Shown piece by piece: positions 1 through 9,809 of a DNA stretch of 64,000 nt. A program made the translations under genes and the position numbers. This stretch comes from a bacterium (GTDB taxonomy: Bacteria > Patescibacteriota > Patescibacteriia > 2-01-FULL-39-33), in assembly GCA_029558735.1 (NCBI GenBank), contig JAKQDP010000047.1:209-64208 (forward strand). Reading direction: 5' to 3'. Below the pieces are notes generated by a model. That model ran no database searches and was not told where the DNA came from. It saw only the letters and a program-made list of their open reading frames with translations. Every line of letters begins with the position of its first letter. The first letter of the stretch is position 1.

Positions 1-3000
1 AATTAACTATTTGTAAATTTGCAAAACCAATTCGCAAATTACCATAATTCCATTTATCACCGCAACTGGGATTGTCCCAAGCGCAGTCGACTTCCCGGGT
101 ATTTTCAGCTCTGGCTTTAATATTTGTCACTCCTTCAGCTTGAGCGAATGCTTTAATTTCCGAATCTGATAAACTAGCCAAATAATCACTCGGCAAACAT
201 TGACTGACATCTGATTTACAAATACTGGCCACCTTAATACCGCTACCACCGTCAGGGTTGTTCTCCGCAGTATCATCAGTTAAGGCAATTAAAGAGCGCC
301 AATTCCAATTATAGCTGTCCGGATTAAGCAGGTTGCAATTGCTGGCCTGAGGAAAAGCATTATAAGTTTGATTGCTATCGGTATAGCGCATAAACAAATT
401 CTTCGGCGCGACATTAACACTGTTAATAACGCACTTCTTCTGACCCGTTTTGAATTTCCAACAATAATCATCAAAAACATTATCATTATTGCCATCACAA
501 TTAGGCTTTTCCAGTTTTCCTTCAGCGCGCTCCTCGCCCCCATCTAATTTTGCCCCCTTAACGCCATTTTCGCCGCCAACAATAATTACTCGATACCAAG
601 TATTTGACGCAAATTCATCATTATTATCAAAAGGAGTAATAACAAAACCCTCGGCCAAATTGTCGCTTGAATTATTATCCCCCATAATAATATCTTCCTG
701 CGTAATCACTTCGAGGGTTTCATGACTATAATCAAAAATCCGTAAATCGTGATAACTAATATCACTACAACTGGTCAAATCAAATTTATCATTAACTCCC
801 GAATTGCATTGTTGGACTTTAATATTATCGGCACTAACAGAACTATCCAGCATATTGCGACTGAAGCGCGCGGCAATCATCGCGTTAACACAAGCATCTT
901 GCGACTCTTTCCAGGGGGTCGGGCTTTGAATATTGCCATTAGAGCAAGATGCATCTTCAACTACAATCGGATTGGTAAAGTCATTATAAGCCCGACAATA
1001 ATCCTCTTTATTGTCATAGCCGATCATCTTGGCAAATAATGAAGCATACGGATTGGGCCGGTCATAAATTGTCTCACCTAAGGCCTTGGCGGTGGCCGCG
1101 GCATTAGCCGGAGCAACTGATAATTTATCCGATTTATCAGTAAACCACTCCCAATTATATTTTTGCGGATCAAGCAACAAACAAACATTATCTTCGCTAT
1201 CCACATCAGCCAAATAGCCGGTTAAAGCTCCCGGCCAATACATCGTATGCGGATCAGGCGAACACTCGACACAACCCGGCTTACAATTATTATCCTCTCT
1301 GGTTTGAAAGTTCCAACAATAAACCGGGTCAGAAATACTATAACTGCCATTATTAATATCATTGACATTGCAGAAACGTTTGTTTATTTTGGCTCTGTCG
1401 CTTTCATTAATGCGAAAACCCTTACCGGTCTCAGTGGTGATTCCTTGACGCAACACCACTTTATACCAAGACTTGGGCTGCAAATCTTCCGTGCTAATAA
1501 AACGAAAATAATCACTTTCTTTATCACTGTTATCACTGGCTAAACTTAGAGTACCCCCGACTTCCACGCAATTTTCGCCTTCAATATTGTCACACTTTAA
1601 AACTTTAATATTCTCACTGTTAATAGTCGCCGGATCCATCTGAGTATTGAATCTAGCGGAAATCACCACATCCAAACAAGCCAGGGGGTTGTTAATCTGA
1701 TAATAAGGATAATTTTCCGTGTTCCAACCTTCGCTCCAAGGCGTCGGACTGGGCAATTTAGCTCCCTCGGTACAACTGCGACTGCGCGTACAATCTTCAA
1801 TGGCATAAGCCTCGGGTCCATCATCATCACCGGTTATAAATGCCCAAGTATAAATAGACTGGCTGGCCGGACTGGCTAACTCGCCGGAAAGTTCGCAAGC
1901 GGAAGTATCGAGCTGACAATCACTAGTACAGCCAACTTGACCTTCACCCAAATCATAATCCTGACAGAGCACCCTGCTGTCGTAAAAAGCATAGCTATTA
2001 GAGACAATGTCACAGGCTTCTTCCGGACCCAAAATACCATCGCCGCAGATATTGGGCGCCAATTGACAAGTACAACTATCGTTATCGCAAACTAAGCCTT
2101 CCTGACAAGTATTTGTATCCCTGGCGCATAAGGCCGTGTCATAACCGCAAGGATCACCCAATTCTCCGGGACTGACTAAAAATTTATAATAATTACTGTA
2201 TTGACTGTTACTAATATTATAAACTCTGCTACTACTCCGGCCTTTGCGATTGGTCGGCACATAATCTTTCAAATTTTCTTCCCTGTCCCAATTCCAAACC
2301 GTAGTGTTATTATTATGCTCAAGCAAAACCGTGTTCCAGCTGTCGGTGTCAGCATTAAACTCCTTAGTGCTGAAATACCAGAAAAAATCACCGGCCGCAT
2401 CATTGAGAGGATAATTATTGCCGACTGAGACCACCTCATCGCCAGCTTTACCAGAATTAATTTTAATCCCCGAAGCCTCGAATTTAGTCAAGTTATAAGC
2501 GCTGCAAATGCCCGGCCGTTCGATATTATTGATGGAAAATGTTTTTGTATTGCTACCTAAACCAGAATCATTAAATACTTGGACATTATAATCACCTTGA
2601 GGCAAATTCGGCACTTCCACAATAATCTGATAATAAGTCCAGGTATCATCACAACCGGACTTTAAACTTAAATTGGCAACTGTATCGTTAAATCTGATTT
2701 CCCCGGGTTCATTGCCGAAATACCGGCCCCAAATGGTAATATAATTGCCCGGCGCGCCATTGGGAATGTCATCATTCCAAGTAGCTGGCTCATCATAATT
2801 GGTGTCTTTGTTGGGATCGTCCGCCGGTGAAATGTAAATTATTTCCGGTACCCGAGCGCAGACACAACCGCCACCAATATCACAAACACCGGTCGCGCAC
2901 ATGGCATTATCGGCGTCGCAAATCGGCGTATCAGTGTCAGCATCACAAGGATCGCCGGCGCAAGCGCCACATTCGCCACCGCAGTCAACGCCAGTTTCTC

Positions 3001-3856
3001 CTTGACTGGCGTCCTGCACTCCATTAAAACAATGAATCGGTTTAATCTTGGTATTTAAAACATTGGATTGAAAACTGTCTCCCGGCGCTGTTACTGTAAT
3101 CCGAGCCAAAAACTGGTCGCCAATATTAGAAGCTGAGGTATTCCAAGGAGCGTAAACATTGCTCACTACCTCTTGGTCGGCAGAAATGGCAAAAGCGCTC
3201 ACTGGAGAAAAATTTGTCTCACTGGCCAATCGAGAATAAAAATCCATCGCGTTAATGACGCTGCCGCTATTTTTAGCATAACCCTTGGCGTGGAGAGTGG
3301 CGCTGGCCGGAATACCTAAGGTACCCGTATAATTCCAACCGACATTAACGACCCAGCCATCGTCGCCAACACTATCATCCTTAAATCCGCCAATATACGA
3401 ATACTGACTGCTCCAATTCCAGGGAGTCGGTGGTTTTGGTCCGGCGGGACTGGGCGGATTGGCATTGGTGGCGTTAGAAATCTGATTAATCACAAAAGAA
3501 GCAATGGCAAAAGCGGAAAAAATAATTACGAGGCCAATTACGGCAGCGATAATCACCTTTTTCGCTTTAATCACTTTATCGGGATCGCCGGCCGCCGTCA
3601 TCCACAAAAAACCGCCATAAGCAATCAGTAACACAGCCAAAATACCCAAAAAACCCAAAAATATTTTGACAATATTGCCGATTGTCTCCACCAACCCCCT
3701 TGAACCCAGGCCAAAACCGGAGGCGGCGTCCAAACCATAATTATCCAAAGCATCCGTCGCTAAAGCCGCTCCCGCTAAAAAAAATAAGCCAAAAATAATT
3801 CCCGCTACTAAGCCGACTATAAGCAACCAATTGTATTTATGGATAATTTGTTTCAT
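1..3856 (-). CDS. Giant secreted/surface protein, partial. The N-terminus and start are in the window; the C-terminus lies beyond position 1. It has a signal/TM segment, a TrbC/VirB2-like pilin module, then a very long Cys-rich extracellular region.
   Basis: Hand translation of the minus strand from the ATG at 3854-3856 (MKQIIHKYNWLLIVGLVAGIIFGL...LDNYGLDAASGFGLGS...IVKIFLGFLGILAVLLIAYGGFLWMTAAGDPDKVIKAKKVIIAAVIGLVIIFSAFAIASFVINQI...) stays open to position 1. That is more than 1280 codons, and contains Cys-rich repeats such as CGGECGACAGDPCDADTDTPICDADNAMCATGVCDIGGGCVC. The ORF is missing from the track because it has no stop inside the window. Its ATG overlaps the TGA of the upstream gene (ATGA at 3853-3856). 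The N-terminus is paralogous to the 3853..6843 protein. Confidence 0.75.
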   Translation of the reverse strand, partial: MKQIIHKYNWLLIVGLVAGIIFGLFFLAGAALATDALDNYGLDAASGFGLGSRGLVETIGNIVKIFLGFLGILAVLLIAYGGFLWMTAAGDPDKVIKAKKVIIAAVIGLVIIFSAFAIASFVINQISNATNANPPSPAGPKPPTPWNWSSQYSYIGGFKDDSVGDDGWVVNVGWNYTGTLGIPASATLHAKGYAKNSGSVINAMDFYSRLASETNFSPVSAFAISADQEVVSNVYAPWNTSASNIGDQFLARITVTAPGDSFQSNVLNTKIKPIHCFNGVQDASQGETGVDCGGECGACAGDPCDADTDTPICDADNAMCATGVCDIGGGCVCARVPEIIYISPADDPNKDTNYDEPATWNDDIPNGAPGNYITIWGRYFGNEPGEIRFNDTVANLSLKSGCDDTWTYYQIIVEVPNLPQGDYNVQVFNDSGLGSNTKTFSINNIERPGICSAYNLTKFEASGIKINSGKAGDEVVSVGNNYPLNDAAGDFFWYFSTKEFNADTDSWNTVLLEHNNNTTVWNWDREENLKDYVPTNRKGRSSSRVYNISNSQYSNYYKFLVSPGELGDPCGYDTALCARDTNTCQEGLVCDNDSCTCQLAPNICGDGILGPEEACDIVSNSYAFYDSRVLCQDYDLGEGQVGCTSDCQLDTSACELSGELASPASQSIYTWAFITGDDDGPEAYAIEDCTRSRSCTEGAKLPSPTPWSEGWNTENYPYYQINNPLACLDVVISARFNTQMDPATINSENIKVLKCDNIEGENCVEVGGTLSLASDNSDKESDYFRFISTEDLQPKSWYKVVLRQGITTETGKGFRINESDRAKINKRFCNVNDINNGSYSISDPVYCWNFQTREDNNCKPGCVECSPDPHTMYWPGALTGYLADVDSEDNVCLLLDPQKYNWEWFTDKSDKLSVAPANAAATAKALGETIYDRPNPYASLFAKMIGYDNKEDYCRAYNDFTNPIVVEDASCSNGNIQSPTPWKESQDACVNAMIAARFSRNMLDSSVSADNIKVQQCNSGVNDKFDLTSCSDISYHDLRIFDYSHETLEVITQEDIIMGDNNSSDNLAEGFVITPFDNNDEFASNTWYRVIIVGGENGVKGAKLDGGEERAEGKLEKPNCDGNNDNVFDDYCWKFKTGQKKCVINSVNVAPKNLFMRYTDSNQTYNAFPQASNCNLLNPDSYNWNWRSLIALTDDTAENNPDGGSGIKVASICKSDVSQCLPSDYLASLSDSEIKAFAQAEGVTNIKARAENTREVDCAWDNPSCGDKWNYGNLRIGFANLQIVN

Positions 3857-6843
3857 TGATTTGATTTACATTTGCCAAAACAACAACCGGTTCGACCGCT
3901 AGCCGGATCAACAGTTGGATAATCTTTAGTAATCACCCAGCTACCGGAAATATCATCAGACGCGTTTTCATAGAGTGGCTGACAAGAATAATTCTCGTCA
4001 AGACAAACTTCCGCATCAGTGATTTCCGAACATTTCAAATAACCATAAGAAGCCGGATTAGGCATCCTAACTTTTACACAACCGCTGGTAATACCCTCAC
4101 TGGTATATTGACATTGACCTGAGCCCGCTTCTATTGGCCCGGCGCTGGGCAAAAAACAATTCTGAGTAATTGATTCCGCGCCCGAGCCAACCAAGGGCGC
4201 ATAAGCGGCATACAAATCCAAAATATGATGCTGTAAGTTGGCTGAAGTATAATCGGGCCAGCCATCATTATCTTGGTCATAATTGACCTTAGTCACCCAA
4301 AAACCGACTGGATTAGCGTTAACCGTCAAAGTGTTCAAAGCCAAATAACGGGTAGTCCGACTTTTCTGGTCGCTGGTTGGGCCGTAATTCCAACCCGGCT
4401 TTAAGCTGGCGCTGCGCATTAAACGATCAAAAGAAAAATTTACCGGCTGATTAAGGTTGCTGGTCATTGCTCCGCCGGTCATATCCTCGGAAACAATGGC
4501 CATAATCAGAGGCGCCTGACGATCAATCTCCGTTGACACCCAAAAACTCCAGCGAAAATTATCACCAAAACCATTAACTTCCGGATTTGATTGACCAAAC
4601 GGCGGATTGGACAAATTAAGGTCGTAAAAACTTTTTGGGCCATTAGCCAAGCCATAGACTTGACCGTTTTCCTGATAATAATCAAAGCTGCCGTTTAAAG
4701 AATTGCCGGCCAAATCAATAATACCATTGACTTCATTCAAATTGGCACCAACCCCCGGATAAAAAACCATCTGATCGCCTACCCTTCTGGCGCAACGATT
4801 ATCGCTACCGCCAACACAAGCTCCCTGCCATTGGTCGCAGCGCGGATCCGAACAAACCATCAAGTCGCTGGCCTTAATTTCAACCTGATAATGAGTGGCG
4901 ACTCCCTGTTCCGGCGCCCCGTCATACATCGGCCAACAATACATCTGGTTGCCGCAAGTATTTAGTCCACATTCAATACTGCCCCGTAAACCAACTGTGG
5001 TATAATCAGCCGATATCTCGGTGATAAAATCAGCCAAAACATCCTCAGCATCATCAAAATCGCCATCATTATTTCTATCGTATTTAATCACTATATTATC
5101 AATAAAAATTGGATTAATCGGCTCATTAAATTGAAGCTCAAACAATTGATTACGGTAAACATCCGGCTGGTCATTGACGGTCTGATTTTGGCTGGCGTTT
5201 AAACCGTCAATCTTAGTAGAAGAAAAAATGACCGACTTATTCAAAACAAAATTCAATGAGTAGCGACTGCTATTTTCGCCGACTTCTTTAGTGACAATGG
5301 AACTATCGCTTTCTTTCTTGAAAATATCGCCACTGCCGCTAATAAGCGCCGAGGTAATATTGGCCGTGGTCTTAGCGGCGTCTTGACCAATAGCAATATC
5401 GCGACCAAAAACATATTTTTTAATCACCTGTGAATCAGATAACACCTCAACATAATCACCCGGCTGATAAGCCGTCACCGCAAATTTCCAGGAATTCCCC
5501 CCCACTGCCCAGGACCCACCCTGCTCATTCGCCGCCTCAGTCAAAGAAAAAGTTAAACCATAAGGACCGATATTAATTGTCTGGCCCTGACTATAAGAAC
5601 CAGAATAATTATCCATTATTCCCGGCCAATCAACCGCAACAGTTTTACCGTCAGGTTGAATAGTGACTGTCACCTCACCACTGGCAGTACCGCCATAACT
5701 GCCGGAAATTGTGGCGCTGGGCGAGCTCGGAGCGCTAACCGGCGAAGTATAGGCTGAATTAATTTCTGGAGTTAAATTGGCTTGATTAAAAATAGTATAA
5801 GAAAATTTAGTTGCGGTCGGCGCGATCGCCGGGCTGTAACCATCCGCCTCCTCATCCGGCGCCGGTGATACACCGCTGATACTGGGCATTCCCGAGGGAT
5901 TAAGAATGGTATTAGTACTTAATATTTCCGGCGGATCAAGGTCCAATTCGCCATTAGTGACAAACGACCAGGAAAATTGGCGACCAATCAACCGCTCTAA
6001 TACTGACTCGCCATCAGCGGCCCGGCTGATTCCTTCTTTTAGGGTCACCATAAACTCCCGATTCTGCAAATCCTCAAGACCCAGATAAATTTTAGGGGTA
6101 ATAACAAAAGTCCTAGCATCAGCTGTCTGCCAAACAGTAGAGCCGACAAATTTATCAACCGAAAAATCAGTCTCGGTCTCACATAAATTATTATCCCCTA
6201 ATTTACAAACATCAATATTAAGCATGGTGTCGCCATCGCATTTGTCGCTATCATTAACATCGGCGACATTACAAATAGTCGCGGGCATAATCGGTTCTTT
6301 AAAGGTAACCGCCAGCCAAGTGTTAATCGGCACGTCGCGCTGGTTGGGAGCGGGATAAACGCTTTGAATTGGGCCGGCGCCGATGCCCCAACGGGACAAA
6401 TCATTGCCACTTCCCGGCCTCGGCCCCCAACTGCCATCACGACCGCCCCACAGCTGGTTGATAATAAACGAGACAATCGCAAAGGCGGAAAAAATAATAA
6501 TTAAGCCAATAACCGCATTAATAATTATCTTCTTGGCTTTGTCAATTTTTGCCGGATCACCAGCGGCGGTCATCCAAATAAACCCGGCATAAAGAATCAA
6601 TAACACGGCCAAAATACCCAAAAAACCCAAAATCACCTGAACAATACGAGCAATGGTTTCAATTAAATTATTAGTGCCCAGACCAAAATCGCGGGCTGTT
6701 GTTAAACCGTAATTCTCCAGTGGTCCGGAACTGGCCAAAGTGACTGTCGGCGCAAATAAAAAAACCACCACTGCCAGACCTAGTATAAGCAGGGTGGTTT
6801 TTTTATTAAATATCTTTCCGGTTAAGAAAGGATAAAAAGGCAT
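3853..6843 (-). CDS. Giant (996 aa) secreted/surface protein with an N-terminal TrbC/VirB2-like pilin module and a Cys-rich C-terminal region
   Basis: ORF track. The N-terminus has a signal peptide, then LENYGLTTARDFGLGTNNLIETIARIVQVILGFLGILAVLLILYAGFIWMTAAGDPAKIDKAKKIIINAVIGLIIIFSAFAIVSF. This two-helix hydrophobic pilin-like module is typical of TrbC/VirB2-like domains fused to large extracellular proteins. The C-terminus is Cys-rich (…CCFGKCKSNQ). Confidence 0.8.
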   Translation of the reverse strand: MPFYPFLTGKIFNKKTTLLILGLAVVVFLFAPTVTLASSGPLENYGLTTARDFGLGTNNLIETIARIVQVILGFLGILAVLLILYAGFIWMTAAGDPAKIDKAKKIIINAVIGLIIIFSAFAIVSFIINQLWGGRDGSWGPRPGSGNDLSRWGIGAGPIQSVYPAPNQRDVPINTWLAVTFKEPIMPATICNVADVNDSDKCDGDTMLNIDVCKLGDNNLCETETDFSVDKFVGSTVWQTADARTFVITPKIYLGLEDLQNREFMVTLKEGISRAADGESVLERLIGRQFSWSFVTNGELDLDPPEILSTNTILNPSGMPSISGVSPAPDEEADGYSPAIAPTATKFSYTIFNQANLTPEINSAYTSPVSAPSSPSATISGSYGGTASGEVTVTIQPDGKTVAVDWPGIMDNYSGSYSQGQTINIGPYGLTFSLTEAANEQGGSWAVGGNSWKFAVTAYQPGDYVEVLSDSQVIKKYVFGRDIAIGQDAAKTTANITSALISGSGDIFKKESDSSIVTKEVGENSSRYSLNFVLNKSVIFSSTKIDGLNASQNQTVNDQPDVYRNQLFELQFNEPINPIFIDNIVIKYDRNNDGDFDDAEDVLADFITEISADYTTVGLRGSIECGLNTCGNQMYCWPMYDGAPEQGVATHYQVEIKASDLMVCSDPRCDQWQGACVGGSDNRCARRVGDQMVFYPGVGANLNEVNGIIDLAGNSLNGSFDYYQENGQVYGLANGPKSFYDLNLSNPPFGQSNPEVNGFGDNFRWSFWVSTEIDRQAPLIMAIVSEDMTGGAMTSNLNQPVNFSFDRLMRSASLKPGWNYGPTSDQKSRTTRYLALNTLTVNANPVGFWVTKVNYDQDNDGWPDYTSANLQHHILDLYAAYAPLVGSGAESITQNCFLPSAGPIEAGSGQCQYTSEGITSGCVKVRMPNPASYGYLKCSEITDAEVCLDENYSCQPLYENASDDISGSWVITKDYPTVDPASGRTGCCFGKCKSNQ

Positions 6844-6860
6844 GGGAATTAAAATTTATA

Positions 6861-7319
6861 CTACTGATTGAGGAACTTTTTAACCAAGGGCGACACAATT
6901 TGTCCGTCCGAACGAGAACCGACTTCGGCCATGACTGCACCCATTAATTTTCCAAAATCAGCCGGCGAATGGGCGCCTACAATTTCGGCCTGACGATTAA
7001 TAATGTCAATAATTGCCTCCGGCGACAGCTGATCGGGCAGATATTGTTCCAATATTGCCATTTCTTCAGCCTCTTGCTGGGACAAATCTGACCGACCGCC
7101 TTGGTTGTAGGCTTCAATAGAATCTCTTCTTTTTTTGATTTCTGATTTTATTAAACCAACAACTTCACTATCCTCTAACTCATTTTCTTTGGCCATTCTG
7201 GCCGCTATTTTTTTATTGGCAATAGCGGTTTTAAGCATCCTCAGGGTCGATAATTTAAGCGCCGCTTTGGTTTTATATGCTTCAATAAAATCTTTCTCGA
7301 TAGTCTGCTGTAAAGACAT
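6861..7319 (-). CDS. GatB/YqeY domain-containing protein
   Basis: 152 aa, with the characteristic YqeY-like sequence (…KAALKLSTLRMLKTAI…). It is adjacent to rpsU, which is a conserved arrangement. Confidence 0.8.
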   Translation of the reverse strand: MSLQQTIEKDFIEAYKTKAALKLSTLRMLKTAIANKKIAARMAKENELEDSEVVGLIKSEIKKRRDSIEAYNQGGRSDLSQQEAEEMAILEQYLPDQLSPEAIIDIINRQAEIVGAHSPADFGKLMGAVMAEVGSRSDGQIVSPLVKKFLNQ

Positions 7320-7335
7320 TGTTCTTAATTATTTA

Positions 7336-7569
7336 TTATCTTCTGGTTGGTTCGTCAATTAATTTGCCGATTTTTTTCAAATATTCGCGTTTCTTATTAA
7401 TTTCTTCTCTTCTAGCGGCGGCTGACCTAATGGCGGTTTTATTTTTTTTCGGCTCATAATAACGAATTTTCCGGGATTGAAGCAACCGGCCACTTTGTTG
7501 CACCTTCTTGCTAAATCTCCTGGCTAACGCTTCAAAAGTCTCTCCTTTCTTTCTTTTTACCTCTGCCAC
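7336..7569 (-). CDS. rpsU: 30S ribosomal protein S21
   Basis: 77 aa basic protein; MAEVKRKKGETFEALARRFSKKVQQSGRLLQSRKIRYYEPK matches the S21 signature. Confidence 0.9.
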   Translation of the reverse strand: MAEVKRKKGETFEALARRFSKKVQQSGRLLQSRKIRYYEPKKNKTAIRSAAARREEINKKREYLKKIGKLIDEPTRR

Positions 7570-7603
7570 TTAAATTCACCTCACTTTCTAATTGATTATT
7601 TTA

Positions 7604-9031
7604 TTAATTATTATCAATCTTCAACTTATTAGTTTCTGGGGGAACATTCGCGCCATTTTCCTTATATTTCAATAAACGTTTACGAATTTCCTGTTCTGCT
7701 CGACTAAAATTAATCTCCTCTTGAATACCGCCCTCCATGTCTCGAATCAAAATAGTACCATCGCCAAATTCTTTCTGACCAAGAATTAAAGTTAATTTTA
7801 CTTTCAATTTATTGGCTAAATCCAACTGATTTTTAAGACTATCCTTATAAAAGGCTTGGGCCACCCGAAAATCCTCGCATTGTCTTAATTTTTCATATAA
7901 AACCATCACTTTCTTTTTGGCGGCTTCGCCGATTTGAGCAATAAACACATCCGGCTGAAATTCGTCTTTAATCTCCAAATCAATCTCCCTCATTTTAGCC
8001 ACAATTCTGTCTAATCCCATGGCTAAACCGCAAGCTGGCGTTTCTTCTCGCCCGCCCAGCAACTTAACTAAGCCATCATAACGACCGCCGCCGCCCAAAG
8101 CATTTTTACCTTCTTGATCATCAGTCGACCAATACTCAAAAATAGTTTTAGTATAATAATCTAGACCCCTAACAATAAACGGGTTAAGCACATAAGGTAA
8201 ATCCAGCTCATCCAGATATTCAATCACCTTCATAAAGTGTTTTTTGCAATCGTCATCAAGATAGTCTAAAACCTGAGGCGACTCGTCCTTTAATTTCTGA
8301 CATTCCTCCTCTTTGCAATCCAAAATCCGCAATGGATTAGTAGTTAATCGTTTACGGCAATTTTCGCAAAGCAATTTTGACTTGCTGCGATAATATTTAA
8401 CCAATTCTTTGCGATAATTATCCCGACAATTGGGGCAACCAATACTGTTGACCTGAATCACCGATTCAATACCCAATTCATTCAGACTATTCCAGCCCAT
8501 CAAAATCAATTGAGCGTCCAAAGCCGGATTAGCTTCACCAATCGCCTCAAAACCAAACTGAAAAAATTGGCGATGACGGCCGGATTGAGGTTTCTCATGG
8601 CGAAACATTGGCCCCTGATAGAAGAACTTTACCGGCTGACTCTGATTCAGCATCCCGTGTTGCACATAGGCGCGGACAACTGAAGCGGTTGCTTCAGGCC
8701 GAAGGGCCAACTCGTCGCCAGCCTGATCTTTAAAGGCAAACATTTCTTTTTCCACCACCTCGGTCTGCTTACCCACTCCGCGAACAAACAAATCAACCGG
8801 TTCCAAGACTGGAGTGTCAATCAAGCCATACCCATAATCAGCGGCAATTTTTTCCGCCACTTTTTTTACGGCGTGCCAATACCGTTGGTCTTGAGGCAAA
8901 ATATCTCTCATGCCGGTTACTGTGACTATCTCTCTAGTCGAGCGGCGACCACGCTTATTGATTTTATCTTCTTCGGTTTTAATTAAACCGGATTTAGCGC
9001 TATTATTTTTTGGTGTTACTTTCTTAACCAT
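7604..9031 (-). CDS. hisS: Histidine--tRNA ligase
   Basis: Class II aaRS motifs (GMRDILP…, FKDQAGDELALRPE, GGGRYDGL). There is an N-terminal extension of about 40 aa before the canonical start. Confidence 0.9.
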   Translation of the reverse strand: MVKKVTPKNNSAKSGLIKTEEDKINKRGRRSTREIVTVTGMRDILPQDQRYWHAVKKVAEKIAADYGYGLIDTPVLEPVDLFVRGVGKQTEVVEKEMFAFKDQAGDELALRPEATASVVRAYVQHGMLNQSQPVKFFYQGPMFRHEKPQSGRHRQFFQFGFEAIGEANPALDAQLILMGWNSLNELGIESVIQVNSIGCPNCRDNYRKELVKYYRSKSKLLCENCRKRLTTNPLRILDCKEEECQKLKDESPQVLDYLDDDCKKHFMKVIEYLDELDLPYVLNPFIVRGLDYYTKTIFEYWSTDDQEGKNALGGGGRYDGLVKLLGGREETPACGLAMGLDRIVAKMREIDLEIKDEFQPDVFIAQIGEAAKKKVMVLYEKLRQCEDFRVAQAFYKDSLKNQLDLANKLKVKLTLILGQKEFGDGTILIRDMEGGIQEEINFSRAEQEIRKRLLKYKENGANVPPETNKLKIDNN

Positions 9032-9040
9032 TATCGTAAT

Positions 9041-9661
9041 TTAAAAATTATAAGTTGGGGCATTAAAAACAGTCAATCGATGAAACGGCCAGCCCCTTAA
9101 CCAGGTCCGACCAATAATGAAATCCCTGGCTACCGGACCAAATGTCCGCGAATCCAAACTCTGACTCCGATTATCGCCCAATAAAAAGTATTCCCCTTCG
9201 GCCAAAACCACCTCGCCATACCCCCCCAGGGGTAATTGAGTTAAAATATCGTCAGTCAAATAATCCTCCCGAAGAGTTTGACCGTCAATAAAAACCAGAC
9301 CCTCTTTAATTTCAATTTTCTCACCAGGCAAACCAACTACTCGTTTAATAAAATACTGGCTGGGATCTTTGGGATATTTAAATACTACAATATCGCCCCG
9401 ACCCGGATCACTGAAGCGATAGCTAATTTCATCAATAATTAAATACTCATGGTCATAAAAATTCGGTTCCATGGAAGCCCCTTTGACATAGAACGGCTGA
9501 ATTAAAAAATATCTAATCGGGAGAATAATAGCCAAAGAGATTATCGTCACTTTGACCATTTCCCAAATAAAATCAACCACGGCTCTAATTTTGGACCGCT
9601 TATTGGGAGAATAATTAAAATCACCTAAATTGAGTCCCTTGTCGTTTAAAATATTATCCAC
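9041..9661 (-). CDS. lepB: Signal peptidase I
   Basis: N-terminal TM; catalytic Ser box GASMEPN, GDIVVFKYP, KRVVGLPGE, GDNRSQSLDSR. Confidence 0.88.
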   Translation of the reverse strand: MDNILNDKGLNLGDFNYSPNKRSKIRAVVDFIWEMVKVTIISLAIILPIRYFLIQPFYVKGASMEPNFYDHEYLIIDEISYRFSDPGRGDIVVFKYPKDPSQYFIKRVVGLPGEKIEIKEGLVFIDGQTLREDYLTDDILTQLPLGGYGEVVLAEGEYFLLGDNRSQSLDSRTFGPVARDFIIGRTWLRGWPFHRLTVFNAPTYNF

Positions 9662-9809
9662 ACGCTTAAAATTTATTCATAATTATATAAATTATAACAT
9701 AAAAGCAATATTTTGCAAGTTATTGTTATAACACATTTGATTGGCAAATTTCAAGTAATGGTTTATAATAAATAATGACTTAAATAATAAAGAAGAAAAC
9801 AATATACCC

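Noticed and set aside
289-3027. Seven short ORFs (61-98 aa) on both strands listed by the ORF track
   Set aside because: They all lie inside, and in other frames than, the long open minus-strand frame of the giant pilin-fused protein (1..3856). They have no expression signals and their amino-acid composition is odd.
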